A stretch of 64,000 nucleotides of DNA. Source: Candidatus Dojkabacteria bacterium. Its GTDB lineage: Bacteria > Patescibacteriota > Dojkabacteria > B142 > OLB20. This document shows, one piece after another, positions 10,549 through 20,783 of the stretch; within the stretch, counting starts at the first letter, position 1, and the number at the start of each line of letters is the position of its first letter. The stretch is taken from assembly GCA_035444565.1 (NCBI GenBank), contig DAOMOX010000001.1:130335-194334 (forward strand). The letters are read 5' to 3'. Both the position numbers and the translations under genes were made by a program. The notes under the pieces were generated by a model that was not told the origin of the DNA, ran no database searches, and saw only the letters and a list, made by a program, of their open reading frames with translations.

Positions 10549-11922
10549 TTGAGTTTAACACTCCACAAAGGATTGTCTCCCCTAGCCGACCGATACGGAC
10601 AACTTGTTGCACCCCTCTCAGATTATCTTTCAGAATCAGCTTTAATAAAATATCGAGTTGAAATCGAAATAAGATATTTACTAAAATTGTCAGAGTACGG
10701 AGTTGTCAAAAAACTCAACAAAGTTGAAATATCAGACCTAATAAAAATAATCAAAGATATTGATGACAAAGATATTCAAACAGCGAAAGAATTTGAAGAC
10801 GTAGTTCACCATGATGTAAAAGCAATCGAATTGTTACTACGTGAGAAACTCAAAGAAATGAATCTTGAAGAGTTAATCGAGAAGATTCATTATTGCCTCA
10901 CTTCGGAAGATGTAAACAACATTGCATACAGATTGATGCTCAAATATTCAGTTTCCGAGGTTTTAATGAAAGAACTCCAAAGTTTCATTTCCGAATTAGT
11001 TCAATTTTCAAAAGAAACGAAATCTACCGTAATGATGGCTCGTACACATGGGCAGGATGCAGTACCAACTACTTTAGGCAAAGAAATCGCAGTCTATGCA
11101 ACACGATTGTTCAAAATATATAAGAAGATAGAGAGGAATAATCTTACGGGAAAACTTGGCGGAGCAATTGGTGGATGGAATGCACACCTATACTCCGAGC
11201 CTCAAATTGATTGGATGAAATTTTCTAAAGAATTTGTTGAATCGTTGGACCTCGAGTTTAACGAATTCACTACGCAGATAAATCCTTACGACGATGTAGT
11301 CGAGCTTCTTTCATTGATACACCAAATAAACTCAATTATGATTGATTTCAATCAAGATATGTGGCGCTACATTAGTGACGATTGGATAAAGCAGAAATCT
11401 GATAGCAAATCAGTAGGTTCTTCAACAATGGCACAGAAGGTTAATCCAATAAATTTCGAAAATAGTGAAGGTAACGCTCAAGTTGCAAATGGATTAATCG
11501 AAGCATTAAATCGCACATTACCAATATCGAGATTACAACGTGATCTATCAAATAGCACCATTGTGAGAAATATCGGCCCCGCTATAGGTCATTCTTTGAT
11601 TGTCATCAAAAGTGCCTCAAGTGGTTTCTCAAAAATCCATCCTGATTTTGTGGCAATCGAACTTCATCTTATGTTTAATTGGTCAATCCTAGCAGAACCT
11701 TTACAGATATTACTTAGGAAAAATAATATCGAGAATTCATTCAATTTGGTAAAAGAACAGATGATGGGCAAAAAACTATCCAAGAAGGCATGGATTAAGA
11801 TGATAAAGGAAATGAATATTCCGAAAAATGTCAAGAATGAGATCTTGATGCTGAATCCAAGAACATATACAGGTTATTGCGAAAGTGTTGTAGACGACGC
11901 TATTAAATTAATCAAATTCTAA
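10549..11922 (+). CDS. purB: Adenylosuccinate lyase
   Basis: HDVKA, TSEDVNN, ARTHGQ.A.PTT and GSSTM.QKVNP..FENSEGN motifs. Confidence 0.95.
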   Translation: MSLTLHKGLSPLADRYGQLVAPLSDYLSESALIKYRVEIEIRYLLKLSEYGVVKKLNKVEISDLIKIIKDIDDKDIQTAKEFEDVVHHDVKAIELLLREKLKEMNLEELIEKIHYCLTSEDVNNIAYRLMLKYSVSEVLMKELQSFISELVQFSKETKSTVMMARTHGQDAVPTTLGKEIAVYATRLFKIYKKIERNNLTGKLGGAIGGWNAHLYSEPQIDWMKFSKEFVESLDLEFNEFTTQINPYDDVVELLSLIHQINSIMIDFNQDMWRYISDDWIKQKSDSKSVGSSTMAQKVNPINFENSEGNAQVANGLIEALNRTLPISRLQRDLSNSTIVRNIGPAIGHSLIVIKSASSGFSKIHPDFVAIELHLMFNWSILAEPLQILLRKNNIENSFNLVKEQMMGKKLSKKAWIKMIKEMNIPKNVKNEILMLNPRTYTGYCESVVDDAIKLIKF

Positions 11923-11947
11923 TTATTTTAATTCTTTAATTTTTCTC

Positions 11948-13303
11948 ATGAATAAACCAAGAAAAAACAGCATCGGATTTTGCGGAGGTGCTTATGGAGA
12001 CGAAGGTAAAGGAAGATTTGTTGATGAATATGTACATAAATTTGCAAAAAAGGGTAAGGTTGTACTTTATCGTGACAATGGAGGATCAAACGCTGGTCAC
12101 ACGGTGGCATTTGATGATGTAAAACTTGCACTCCATCAGTTACCCTCAGGTGTATTCGTAAAAAATGTTGTCTGTGTACTTGGAAAAGGTATGGTTTTGA
12201 ATCCAAACGATTTACTGATGGAAATTGAAGAAGTGAAAAAAGCTAGCGGAGGCAAGATTATTGCAGAAATAAAGATTGATGAAATGGCAGCACTATCCCT
12301 CGATACTCACAGAGCATTTGAAACAGCATTGAGTAATTATCAGTCAGGAGGGAAAGGATCAACTGGACGGGGAATCAGTCCTGCATATATGGATGTAATT
12401 CTAAGACATCCACTAAGAATGAGAGATTTGAAAAAATGGGATGAAAAGAAAATCCAAGCCCACTACAAATTATACAAAAACCTAATTAAAGGTTTAGGTT
12501 TTGATTTGGCTAAAATGGAAGCAAAAAGACTTGACGGAACAACTACTTTTGTAGGTTCAGAGAAAGAATTCGTTAACGAATTGAAAACTCACGCTTCGAA
12601 ATTAAAGAAATACATCGAAGATGTTACAGGATTTATAAAAGAAACATGGGCAAATACAAAAGATTACGCATACGTTTTCGAGAAATCTCAAGCGATTGGC
12701 TTAGATATGAGATACGGAGTCTATCCCGACGTTACCGCTTCTGACTGTACACTTGGTGGTGTTACCTACTCCACAGAAGGAACAATCGACTCATTCCAGA
12801 TTGAAAAAAGAGTCGCAGTTATCAAAGCTACATATATGTCTAGTGTCGGAATTAGGAAAATCCCTACCTTGGTTGAAGGTGAGTTTGCAAATAGAGTACG
12901 TGAAGATGCAAACGAATACGGTGCAACCACCAAACGTCCTAGAGGAATAGCATATCTTGACTTACCAGCAATCAAATATTATCAAAAAGCTGGATATACA
13001 ACACATCTAGGCCTTACACATATGGATATAGTCTACAAAGATACTCCAGTTATGGTTTGTATTGGGTATGAAATTAATGGAAAACCAGTGGATTATAGAC
13101 CTGATCAAGAATATTTATTGAAAGTAAAACCTGTTTACAAAGAATTCAAAACATGGGACCAGAAAGCCATGATGGAAGCTCGAAAAGAGTCAGAAATTCC
13201 GAAAAATGCACAGATTTTCCTAAAATATGTAAGTGATTATGTAGGATTACCTATTTTGGTTATTGCGATGGGACCCAAGAGAGAGGAGACGATTTTCATG
13301 TAA
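11948..13303 (+). CDS. purA: Adenylosuccinate synthetase (divergent)
   Basis: GDEGKG, NAGHT, STGRGI.PAY and EYGATTKRPR motifs; adjacent to purB. Confidence 0.9.
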   Translation: MNKPRKNSIGFCGGAYGDEGKGRFVDEYVHKFAKKGKVVLYRDNGGSNAGHTVAFDDVKLALHQLPSGVFVKNVVCVLGKGMVLNPNDLLMEIEEVKKASGGKIIAEIKIDEMAALSLDTHRAFETALSNYQSGGKGSTGRGISPAYMDVILRHPLRMRDLKKWDEKKIQAHYKLYKNLIKGLGFDLAKMEAKRLDGTTTFVGSEKEFVNELKTHASKLKKYIEDVTGFIKETWANTKDYAYVFEKSQAIGLDMRYGVYPDVTASDCTLGGVTYSTEGTIDSFQIEKRVAVIKATYMSSVGIRKIPTLVEGEFANRVREDANEYGATTKRPRGIAYLDLPAIKYYQKAGYTTHLGLTHMDIVYKDTPVMVCIGYEINGKPVDYRPDQEYLLKVKPVYKEFKTWDQKAMMEARKESEIPKNAQIFLKYVSDYVGLPILVIAMGPKREETIFM

Positions 13304-13317
13304 TAGTTACTTGGAAT

Positions 13318-13350
13318 AAAAAAAGAAGGCAGTCATTGACTGCCTTTTTT
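13318..13350. terminator. Bidirectional intrinsic terminator after purA
   Basis: A-run, AAGGCAGTC/GACTGCCTT stem, T-run. Confidence 0.85.
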
Positions 13351-13359
13351 ATATTACAA

Positions 13360-13596
13360 TTAACTTCGAACATGTTCAATTACTATACCGGTCAAAGTAA
13401 GAAGTCCGGATAATGCAGCACCAGCCAAGATGCTTAATCCAGCTTCAGCCTGTCCCGTATATCCTACTCCAGGTTCAAAACTACCAGGAAAACTTATGAA
13501 TGCTTTGGCGACACCCCCAGCTAATGGAAGTGCAGCAATAATACAACCTAAATTGTAACGATTGTTTCTTGAACTCTCAGAATTTGAATTTTCCAT
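13360..13596 (-). CDS. Small two-TM hypothetical protein
   Basis: Two hydrophobic segments; ends at terminator. Confidence 0.55.
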   Translation of the reverse strand: MENSNSESSRNNRYNLGCIIAALPLAGGVAKAFISFPGSFEPGVGYTGQAEAGLSILAGAALSGLLTLTGIVIEHVRS

Positions 13597-13703
13597 AACT
13601 TTTAATACAAATTAATATATATCTATTATATCACTCTTACGTAATTCATAGTTAAAAACAGACTTCGAAGAAATTAATATTTGGGTAATGATAACAAGAA
13701 GTT

Positions 13704-14129
13704 TTAATTAGGGAATTTGTCGGTAAGGAATTTTTTAATGCCTAATGCAATTTTCAATCCTGCCTCACCAGAAGCGCCCTGAATTAACCTTACCATCTCA
13801 TCGACATCAACCCATATTGCACCTTTCCCTTCTTTGACCTCGAAAATCCAATTATCTTTATCGACATTTAACAGATAGACATATCTTGTGACTAATTTCC
13901 CTTCAATCTCATCCGTGAAATTTCCCACCTCTAGGAGTTCTTCGCTGGAGATATCGGTTCCTAGTTCCTCAATTGTTTCTCGAATCAGTGCTTCCTTAAT
14001 CGACTCACCCTCCTCGATACTCCCTCCGAAATATCCCCATCTAGGTGGTTTAAAACCCTCACGATCCTGAATTAAAATTTCGCCTAATTGATTTAACGGA
14101 ATCAGCAATGCTTTGGTAACTTTTTTCAT
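13704..14129 (-). CDS. NUDIX hydrolase
   Basis: GGSIEEGESIKEALIRETIEELG Nudix box. Confidence 0.9.
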   Translation of the reverse strand: MKKVTKALLIPLNQLGEILIQDREGFKPPRWGYFGGSIEEGESIKEALIRETIEELGTDISSEELLEVGNFTDEIEGKLVTRYVYLLNVDKDNWIFEVKEGKGAIWVDVDEMVRLIQGASGEAGLKIALGIKKFLTDKFPN

Positions 14130-14181
14130 ATTAATAAACCAAATTCTAATAGTTGTGAGAATTATAACTTACAATTATATG

Positions 14182-14394
14182 TTATACAGAATGTGTTTTT
14201 TGAGTTGCGCTCCCACCACGCCGCCAACCTGCAACAGAACTAATACCAGCCGTTATTAGGGGGAGATATCCAAGAATTTTGTCATGTATTTCAGTTACAA
14301 ACAATCCTACAATCATACCCAAAACAGCGCCAACTAAAGCGTATGTAATTCTATCCATATCAGGATCATTGCAAACTTCATTCATAACATTCAT
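14182..14394 (-). CDS. Small two-TM hypothetical protein
   Basis: Two glycine-rich hydrophobic helices. Confidence 0.5.
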   Translation of the reverse strand: MNVMNEVCNDPDMDRITYALVGAVLGMIVGLFVTEIHDKILGYLPLITAGISSVAGWRRGGSATQKTHSV

Positions 14395-14530
14395 TATAAC
14401 ACCGAAACAGTTTTATTCATTCATATACGCATAATATGAGTGATTTACAAAATCTTTACAGTACAAATACTTTCTCTCAAACTTTCCCCCATATACTTAA
14501 TAGAAAATAATAATTAATTGACAATAATAA

Positions 14531-15160
14531 GTGAATAACAATCCCGAAGTTAAGGAAGAAGTAGTTAGAGAACCATCCGAAGAGCAACCTATTAGAAGAA
14601 GTATGATACCGCTCTATACAAACCTATTTTTAGTCTTTGTATTATTGGCTTTCCTTCTCTTAGTATTTGTGTTTCTGATGATGTTTCTTTCAGACTATTT
14701 AGAATCAATTGCGTTACCTCTGAATATGATTGTAATCACACTGTTAGTTGGTTTTTATCTTGTCTACTTTGTATTGAGTTACTTAAATTATCGATCCGTG
14801 AGTTATATGTTAATACCAGGTTCAATTCAAAAAACAACATTAAATACAATTGATCAAATTCCGGGGAAGATATTAGTTAAAGAAGGATTCTTTTATAGAA
14901 ACAAGTTACTTTTAACAATGAATGACTTTGACCACATTAGAATTGAAAAATCATTTGTCGGGAGAGCTTATAATTTTGGACATATTTATCTTATGCAAAT
15001 TGACGAGTTAGTAAGCACAAAGAACTATGTTCTTACCAATGTATATGAACCTGAAGAGGCAGCTACATTAATTCAAAAAATGATTGATGTTGAAATATTC
15101 AAGTCAACACCTGCTAGAAGTAATACTAGCGATGAAAAAAGTGATGGAAAATCAAAATAG
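14531..15160 (+). CDS. Membrane protein with bacterial PH-like domain
   Basis: Two TMs, then ILVKEGFF...KSFVGRAYNFGHI pattern. Confidence 0.6.
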   Translation: MNNNPEVKEEVVREPSEEQPIRRSMIPLYTNLFLVFVLLAFLLLVFVFLMMFLSDYLESIALPLNMIVITLLVGFYLVYFVLSYLNYRSVSYMLIPGSIQKTTLNTIDQIPGKILVKEGFFYRNKLLLTMNDFDHIRIEKSFVGRAYNFGHIYLMQIDELVSTKNYVLTNVYEPEEAATLIQKMIDVEIFKSTPARSNTSDEKSDGKSK

Positions 15161-15240
15161 AAGCCGAATTTACACAAAATTAACAGAAGCTTCACAATCC
15201 ATCACCTATAATAGTTTATAATTTATGCGAGTTAATTCAA

Positions 15241-15624
15241 ATGTATGATGATGAAATGAATGTACTAGTTTGTGAAGACGATCCAGGAATACAAGATCTT
15301 ATGGAGATCATGTTAGAAGATATGGACTTCGAAGTTATGAAATGCGACAACCAAGAAAGCGTCAAAGAGCTAATGTCTACCGAAAAAGTAGATATAGTAA
15401 TCATGGATTACTGGCTTAGTGACGGGAAAGCTGACGACGTAATCATCGAAACGAAGAAGAAATATCCCGAAGTCCCTATTCTTGTGGTTTCTGCGGACAC
15501 AAATCTTGACGAAGTAGTGAAAAAACTTGAAGTAAATGACTATTTAAAGAAACCATTTGATATAATTGAGTTTCAATCTAAAATTAAAGAACTATCAGAT
15601 GGTACCAACAATAGTAGTAATTGA
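15241..15624 (+). CDS. Single-domain response regulator
   Basis: EDD, MDY phospho-Asp and KPF motifs. Confidence 0.9.
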   Translation: MYDDEMNVLVCEDDPGIQDLMEIMLEDMDFEVMKCDNQESVKELMSTEKVDIVIMDYWLSDGKADDVIIETKKKYPEVPILVVSADTNLDEVVKKLEVNDYLKKPFDIIEFQSKIKELSDGTNNSSN

Positions 15625-16279
15625 CGACGACAAAGCACTGCTCGATTATCTACAGGAGTTATTCAAAACTACCGAAGAGATGAACGTAAAGGGCTTTACC
15701 TCTGGTCTTGCTGGACTCAAATACCTCAAGAATGAAACCCCAAAACTCATTCTACTTGATTTAGGACTTGAAGATATTCATGGTTCTTCCCTTTGTGGGG
15801 AAATTCGTAAAATACACGAGACATTACCTATAGTTATTCTTACAGGCGATGATTCAAAAGACATGTTAATCCGATGTCTAAACATGGGTGCTGACGACTA
15901 TATTACCAAACCATTCAATAACGATGAACTCATTGCCAGAGTCAAGAGTAAGCTTCGCAACACAGGCATTGAGGACGAAAAACAAATATTAAAAATCCAA
16001 GACCTTGTATTAAATCCCGAAACACTTGAAGTGACAAAAGCCGGAAAACCTTTAACGCTTACAGGTAAAGAATTCCAGTTACTACAATACCTGATGCTAA
16101 ATAGTCACAAAGTCTGCACTAGAGACAAAATCCTTTTTTCTGTTTGGGGATACTCAGCAGATATTGATACCAGAGTAGTAGATGTTCATATAGCAAAACT
16201 CAGGAAAAAACTAGAGGGCAAGGATACAAACTATATACAGTCTTTGAGAGGCTTTGGATACAGAATGCTTGAGACCTAA
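15599..16279 (+). CDS. OmpR-family response regulator
   Basis: Receiver domain plus winged helix (LTGKEF, VDVHIAKLRKK, RGFGY); start moved to first ATG. Confidence 0.92.
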   Translation: MVPTIVVIDDDKALLDYLQELFKTTEEMNVKGFTSGLAGLKYLKNETPKLILLDLGLEDIHGSSLCGEIRKIHETLPIVILTGDDSKDMLIRCLNMGADDYITKPFNNDELIARVKSKLRNTGIEDEKQILKIQDLVLNPETLEVTKAGKPLTLTGKEFQLLQYLMLNSHKVCTRDKILFSVWGYSADIDTRVVDVHIAKLRKKLEGKDTNYIQSLRGFGYRMLET

Positions 16280-16488
16280 TCGAGGTCTCTTTCGATACTT
16301 TGGATTTGTTCAAGCAAAGATGTACAAGAATCACTAGCCTTTTGAACTAATTTCTGGTTTTTTTCAATAAAATCAGAATTATCTGCTTTATTAATATTTG
16401 CACGAAGCATTTGGAGATAGCCAGATATTACAGTGATAGAACTTTTAGTTTTATGTACCTTAGATTTCAGATTTTGCTTTTTATTCAT
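16276..16488 (-). CDS. Stand-alone HisKA/DHp-like small protein
   Basis: HKTKSSITVISGYLQML aligns with HEIKTPLTIIKGYLQLL of the neighbouring kinase. Confidence 0.6.
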   Translation of the reverse strand: MNKKQNLKSKVHKTKSSITVISGYLQMLRANINKADNSDFIEKNQKLVQKASDSCTSLLEQIQSIERDLD

Positions 16489-16532
16489 GACTAATTTTAC
16501 AACAGATGTAAAGCCTTCAGGTATTAAAATAA

Positions 16533-18383
16533 ATGAATTTTAAGAAAGCAATACAAACCAAAAACGAGAACTTGAAATTTAAGTCTACTTTGATAAATTT
16601 ACTTAAAATAGTATCCAACCTATTCGCACCTATCCTTACTGCTACAATTATAATTTCCTCAAGAATGTATCTAGAGGAAGGACTTTATCCAGCCCCTTTC
16701 CAACTACTCACGTTAGTTGTGATGTTTCACTCATTAACAGGTAAATTCTACGCTGGGGTATCTGCCACATTTATTACTACCCTGGGAGCCCACTTCTTTC
16801 TTATGCATCCAGCCTGGGAATTCAAACTAACACAATCTACCTATCTTGTGCCCACTTTGGAATTTTTCATACAGTCAATAATAATTGCCTACATTACTTC
16901 AAAATTTATTGGCAATCTTCGAGAACTCCGAAAGACTTCGAAAAATCTAGAATATGCTAGACAAAAGTTCAAATATGTCTCTGAAGAAAATACAACTCTC
17001 TTTGCGGTAACGAGTACAGACGGAACTGTGCTAGAAGTAAATAAGGCATTCTCAATCTTAGTCCCTGGTGGTGAAACGGAATTACTAGGAAATAAAATAT
17101 ATGAATGTCCACCCTGGAACAACGCTACAGGTTCAAAAGATCACTTGATAAAAACTATCGAGAATATAACAGATTTCAAAACTTCTAATTACGAAGACAT
17201 CCTCTATCTAGCCGAAGAAACCAAAATATACGTCAATGTTAGTGTTACCCTCATAAATACAGACGACTCAAATCCATTTCTAATAATCTCTGCTTCTGAT
17301 ATTTCCGATAAAAAGAAGTCTGAAAAAAGCGCAAAGAAAGAACAGGCATTATTCTCCAATTTCATTCACTCTAATATCGTTGGATTGATCTTCACAGATT
17401 CACAACGACATATTACGAATGCAAATCGCAAATTCCTAAAAATGTTGGGCTATAAACTGAGTGAAGTCAAAGAAAAAAAACTTGAACTGATCTCTGTTGT
17501 ACCAGTCACATATCATCAACAAAAATCTGACACCATCAAGAAAATCCTAAAATACGGCTACGGGGGTCCAATCGAAATCGAAATCGCGCATAAAGATGGT
17601 TCACTTGTCCCGGTATTACTTAGTGGTATTATTGTTGATCCCGATGAAAAGTCATTTCTATTTTTATTTGTAGATCTTACTGAACAAAAAAAATTAGAAA
17701 GAAAAAAGGATGAATTTATTAGTATCGCTAGTCATGAAATAAAAACTCCTTTGACAATAATCAAAGGATACCTACAACTACTCAATCAAAAATCCTCAAT
17801 TAATAACTATAAGGACTTCCCTAAATATATGTCAGTACTCACACGCGAAGTAAATAAACTCACCGATTTACTAAATGTTATGTTAGACATTAGTAGAATC
17901 GAAACTAATAAATTCAAACTAAATATACGTGAAGTAGATATAGTCGATCACACAAAAAAATCAGTTCTCGCTGTTGAGCCAATGTTAAAGGGTAGAATTA
18001 TAAAATTTGAAAGTGATATGAAAGAACTGACTATTGAGGCTGATCCAAATCGAATAAATCAAGTCACTATGAATTTACTAACTAACGCTATTAAACATTC
18101 TCAAAGGAAAGGCGAAATTATAGTTAGTGTCAAAGAAGTAAAAAATGGAGTAAAAATATCCGTACAAGACTTCGGTAAAGGTATTCATGAAGAAAAACTA
18201 GATAAAATTTTTACAAAATTCTTCCAAATTGACAAAGCCAAAGGTAATATTGAAGGTCTTGGTCTGGGGCTCTTTATCTCTAAAGAGATAGTAAAAGCTC
18301 ATCATGGACAGATTGATGTTGCGAGCGAATTCGGCCACGGAGCTACCTTCAGTTACACACTTCCTCAAAAGCAAAATTCTTAA
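16533..18383 (+). CDS. PAS-domain membrane sensor histidine kinase
   Basis: N-terminal TMs, two PAS-like domains, SHEIKTP, NLLTNAIK, D.G.GI and GLGLG boxes. Confidence 0.93.
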   Translation: MNFKKAIQTKNENLKFKSTLINLLKIVSNLFAPILTATIIISSRMYLEEGLYPAPFQLLTLVVMFHSLTGKFYAGVSATFITTLGAHFFLMHPAWEFKLTQSTYLVPTLEFFIQSIIIAYITSKFIGNLRELRKTSKNLEYARQKFKYVSEENTTLFAVTSTDGTVLEVNKAFSILVPGGETELLGNKIYECPPWNNATGSKDHLIKTIENITDFKTSNYEDILYLAEETKIYVNVSVTLINTDDSNPFLIISASDISDKKKSEKSAKKEQALFSNFIHSNIVGLIFTDSQRHITNANRKFLKMLGYKLSEVKEKKLELISVVPVTYHQQKSDTIKKILKYGYGGPIEIEIAHKDGSLVPVLLSGIIVDPDEKSFLFLFVDLTEQKKLERKKDEFISIASHEIKTPLTIIKGYLQLLNQKSSINNYKDFPKYMSVLTREVNKLTDLLNVMLDISRIETNKFKLNIREVDIVDHTKKSVLAVEPMLKGRIIKFESDMKELTIEADPNRINQVTMNLLTNAIKHSQRKGEIIVSVKEVKNGVKISVQDFGKGIHEEKLDKIFTKFFQIDKAKGNIEGLGLGLFISKEIVKAHHGQIDVASEFGHGATFSYTLPQKQNS

Positions 18384-18459
18384 CACAATCATTACAATTC
18401 TAAAATGTTTCTTTCATAGAGTTTAACTACACTATGTACATAATTTTTAATTAACCATT

Positions 18460-18666
18460 ATGTACAAAGTAAATAAAACAATCTCACAAGAACAAGAGCT
18501 TGATAGTATCAAGTCAAAATTTATAAAAATGTCAGGACCAAAGCTTGCTTTCGGAACAGTTATCGAAAAGAAAAATACTCCAAAAAGTAAAGGTGCAGCT
18601 TACAAGGCCACCAAGGATTGGTTATCAGAACTTCCAACAGATTACATGATTGTTGAAATGCTTTAA
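18460..18666 (+). CDS. Small hypothetical protein
   Basis: 68-aa ORF with AT-rich upstream context like other genes. Confidence 0.5.
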   Translation: MYKVNKTISQEQELDSIKSKFIKMSGPKLAFGTVIEKKNTPKSKGAAYKATKDWLSELPTDYMIVEML

Positions 18667-18709
18667 GAATTAAACAAATTATTATATTTTTAATTATTAA
18701 CTACCCACA

Positions 18710-18913
18710 ATGAGAAATAGACAAAGTACACATTTTGAGACAAAAGTATTAGACGGTGTTTACCAACCTAGATTCTACACAAATACAGTAGACAACATAA
18801 AAGCAACATCATTAAACGAAGTTACAGTTGCTTGGACCAAACCAGTTTCAGCACTTTCATGGGAAGAACTTGAGGAAAGATACAAGATGAAAGGTGCTAC
18901 AAACTTATATTAA
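18710..18913 (+). CDS. Small hypothetical protein
   Basis: 67-aa ORF in tandem with the previous one. Confidence 0.5.
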   Translation: MRNRQSTHFETKVLDGVYQPRFYTNTVDNIKATSLNEVTVAWTKPVSALSWEELEERYKMKGATNLY

Positions 18914-19236
18914 TAATTGTGAATGAATCGTTCAAAAATCAAATTGCCTCTATTTTTACCGCCTAAACTTGCACTTTAGATTGCAGAAAATCCATACCCT
19001 AAACTCTACAAAAAATCCCTTCCAAACATCCGATAGTGCTAGCAGCATAATTAATTAGTGAATATTCACAATATCTGTTATAATGACTCAGCCATTTTGA
19101 TTTGAATCATAAAGGTTTTTAGGACAAAAAAGTACAAGTTACTCTGCATAAGCATATCTCCTTCGAACCTGACTGCCACAAGCAGGTTATTTCATCATTA
19201 AACTGGAATTTAGTTAAATTCTTTATATATACATAC

Positions 19237-20418
19237 ATGTATACACAACGTTTTGGGCAAGCGAGCCATGGTCGAAGGAATAGATTTAATCGACGCAGTA
19301 ATCGCAAAGTAAGCAAAGGTGTAAACCCAAGCTTATTTATTAATAAAATTACATCTTCGGTCGAAGAAAATGTCTACGAACCGAAATTTACTTTCGAGGA
19401 CTTCAATATTAGTCCCGAACTTAAATCCAATTTGAAATACAAAGGTTTTCACAAACCGATGCCTATTCAAGATCAAGCGATTCCGCATTTACTTCAAGGT
19501 AAAGATCTTATCGGTATTGCAAATACTGGAACTGGAAAAACATTAGCATTTTTAGTGCCGATGTTAGAGAAGGTTATGAATTTAGAAAACGAAAAGGTAC
19601 TTATTATCGCACCAACTAGAGAGCTTGCTGTTCAGATTGAAGAGGATCTGCATGCACTTACCTACAGAATTGGCGTTAATAAAGTTGTATGTATCGGAGG
19701 AACTAGTATAAATCAACAGATTTACAAGTTGAGAATGAATAATCAATTCGTAATTGGTACACCAGGTAGACTTTTAGACTTGGAAAAAAGACGTGCTTTA
19801 AACTTCAATAGGTTCACAAATATTGTTCTAGACGAAGTTGATCGTATGTTTGATATGGGTTTTGTAGATGATATTAAATTCATCTTAAGCCAATTACCAG
19901 AAAGTCGACAATCTCTTTTCTTCTCAGCCACACTTGATAACAAAATCGAGGGGTTGATCAGAAGTCATTCAAAAGATCCAGTAATGGTCTCAGTGAAAAC
20001 TAGAGAAACAGCTGATCATGTTGATCAAGATGTTGTCAAAGTCGCCTATGGTCAGAACAAAATGGAAGTTCTTCACGATATGTTAATCAAAGAAGAATTT
20101 GAAAAAGTATTGATATTCGGTAGAACCAAAATGGGTGTACACCGATTATCTGAGGATTTACAGAGACGAGGCTTCAAAGCAGAGTCAATACACGGAGACA
20201 AAACACAATATCAGAGACAAAGATCACTTAAAAATTTCAAAGAGAACAGAGTGAATATTCTAGTTGCCACTGATGTTGCGGCTCGTGGCCTCGACATCCC
20301 AAATGTGTCACACGTTATTAATTTTGAAGCTCCCGACAACTATACCGACTATGTTCATAGGATCGGTAGAACAGGTAGAGGGAATAAGATGGGGAAAGCG
20401 TTGACGTTTGTGCAGTAA
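19237..20418 (+). CDS. DEAD-box RNA helicase
   Basis: GTGKT, PTRELA, TPGR, DEVD, SAT, ARGLD and HRIGRTGR motifs. Confidence 0.95.
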   Translation: MYTQRFGQASHGRRNRFNRRSNRKVSKGVNPSLFINKITSSVEENVYEPKFTFEDFNISPELKSNLKYKGFHKPMPIQDQAIPHLLQGKDLIGIANTGTGKTLAFLVPMLEKVMNLENEKVLIIAPTRELAVQIEEDLHALTYRIGVNKVVCIGGTSINQQIYKLRMNNQFVIGTPGRLLDLEKRRALNFNRFTNIVLDEVDRMFDMGFVDDIKFILSQLPESRQSLFFSATLDNKIEGLIRSHSKDPVMVSVKTRETADHVDQDVVKVAYGQNKMEVLHDMLIKEEFEKVLIFGRTKMGVHRLSEDLQRRGFKAESIHGDKTQYQRQRSLKNFKENRVNILVATDVAARGLDIPNVSHVINFEAPDNYTDYVHRIGRTGRGNKMGKALTFVQ

Positions 20419-20442
20419 TTAGATGCCATTATAAAGAAAATC

Positions 20443-20664
20443 TCAACCAAGCTTAGTTGCTGGTAATATACCATCCTCTTCAAGCTCTCTTTTTACTCTT
20501 TCTTCATACTCGGCTTCATTTTCACGAATTGGAGTCACTACTGGCGATATGTATTCTTCATATCCGCCACCAACATTTGACCCCTTTAATACGCGTTTAC
20601 CCTCCCATGGATGTTGCCACTTATCAGCCGGATCCGGAATCTCTCTTTCTTGACTATTTCCCAT
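20443..20664 (-). CDS. Small hypothetical protein
   Basis: 73-aa ATG ORF with protein-like composition. Confidence 0.5.
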   Translation of the reverse strand: MGNSQEREIPDPADKWQHPWEGKRVLKGSNVGGGYEEYISPVVTPIRENEAEYEERVKRELEEDGILPATKLG

Positions 20665-20783
20665 TAAAGAAAATTAATAATTTGAATTCAGACAAATTGT
20701 ATATTATCACTAAATTTATTACACTATTTTTTACTTCTATTGCTATTATGCCTTAATATATCAATCGCTGTAACAAAATAATT

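Noticed and set aside
11948-13303. PurZ (2-aminoadenine pathway) instead of PurA
   Set aside because: Keeps the Asp of GDEGKG, which is Ser in PurZ, sits next to purB, and has no phage context.
18460-18913. Toxin-antitoxin pair
   Set aside because: Two small tandem ORFs, but no recognisable TA motif or operator palindrome.
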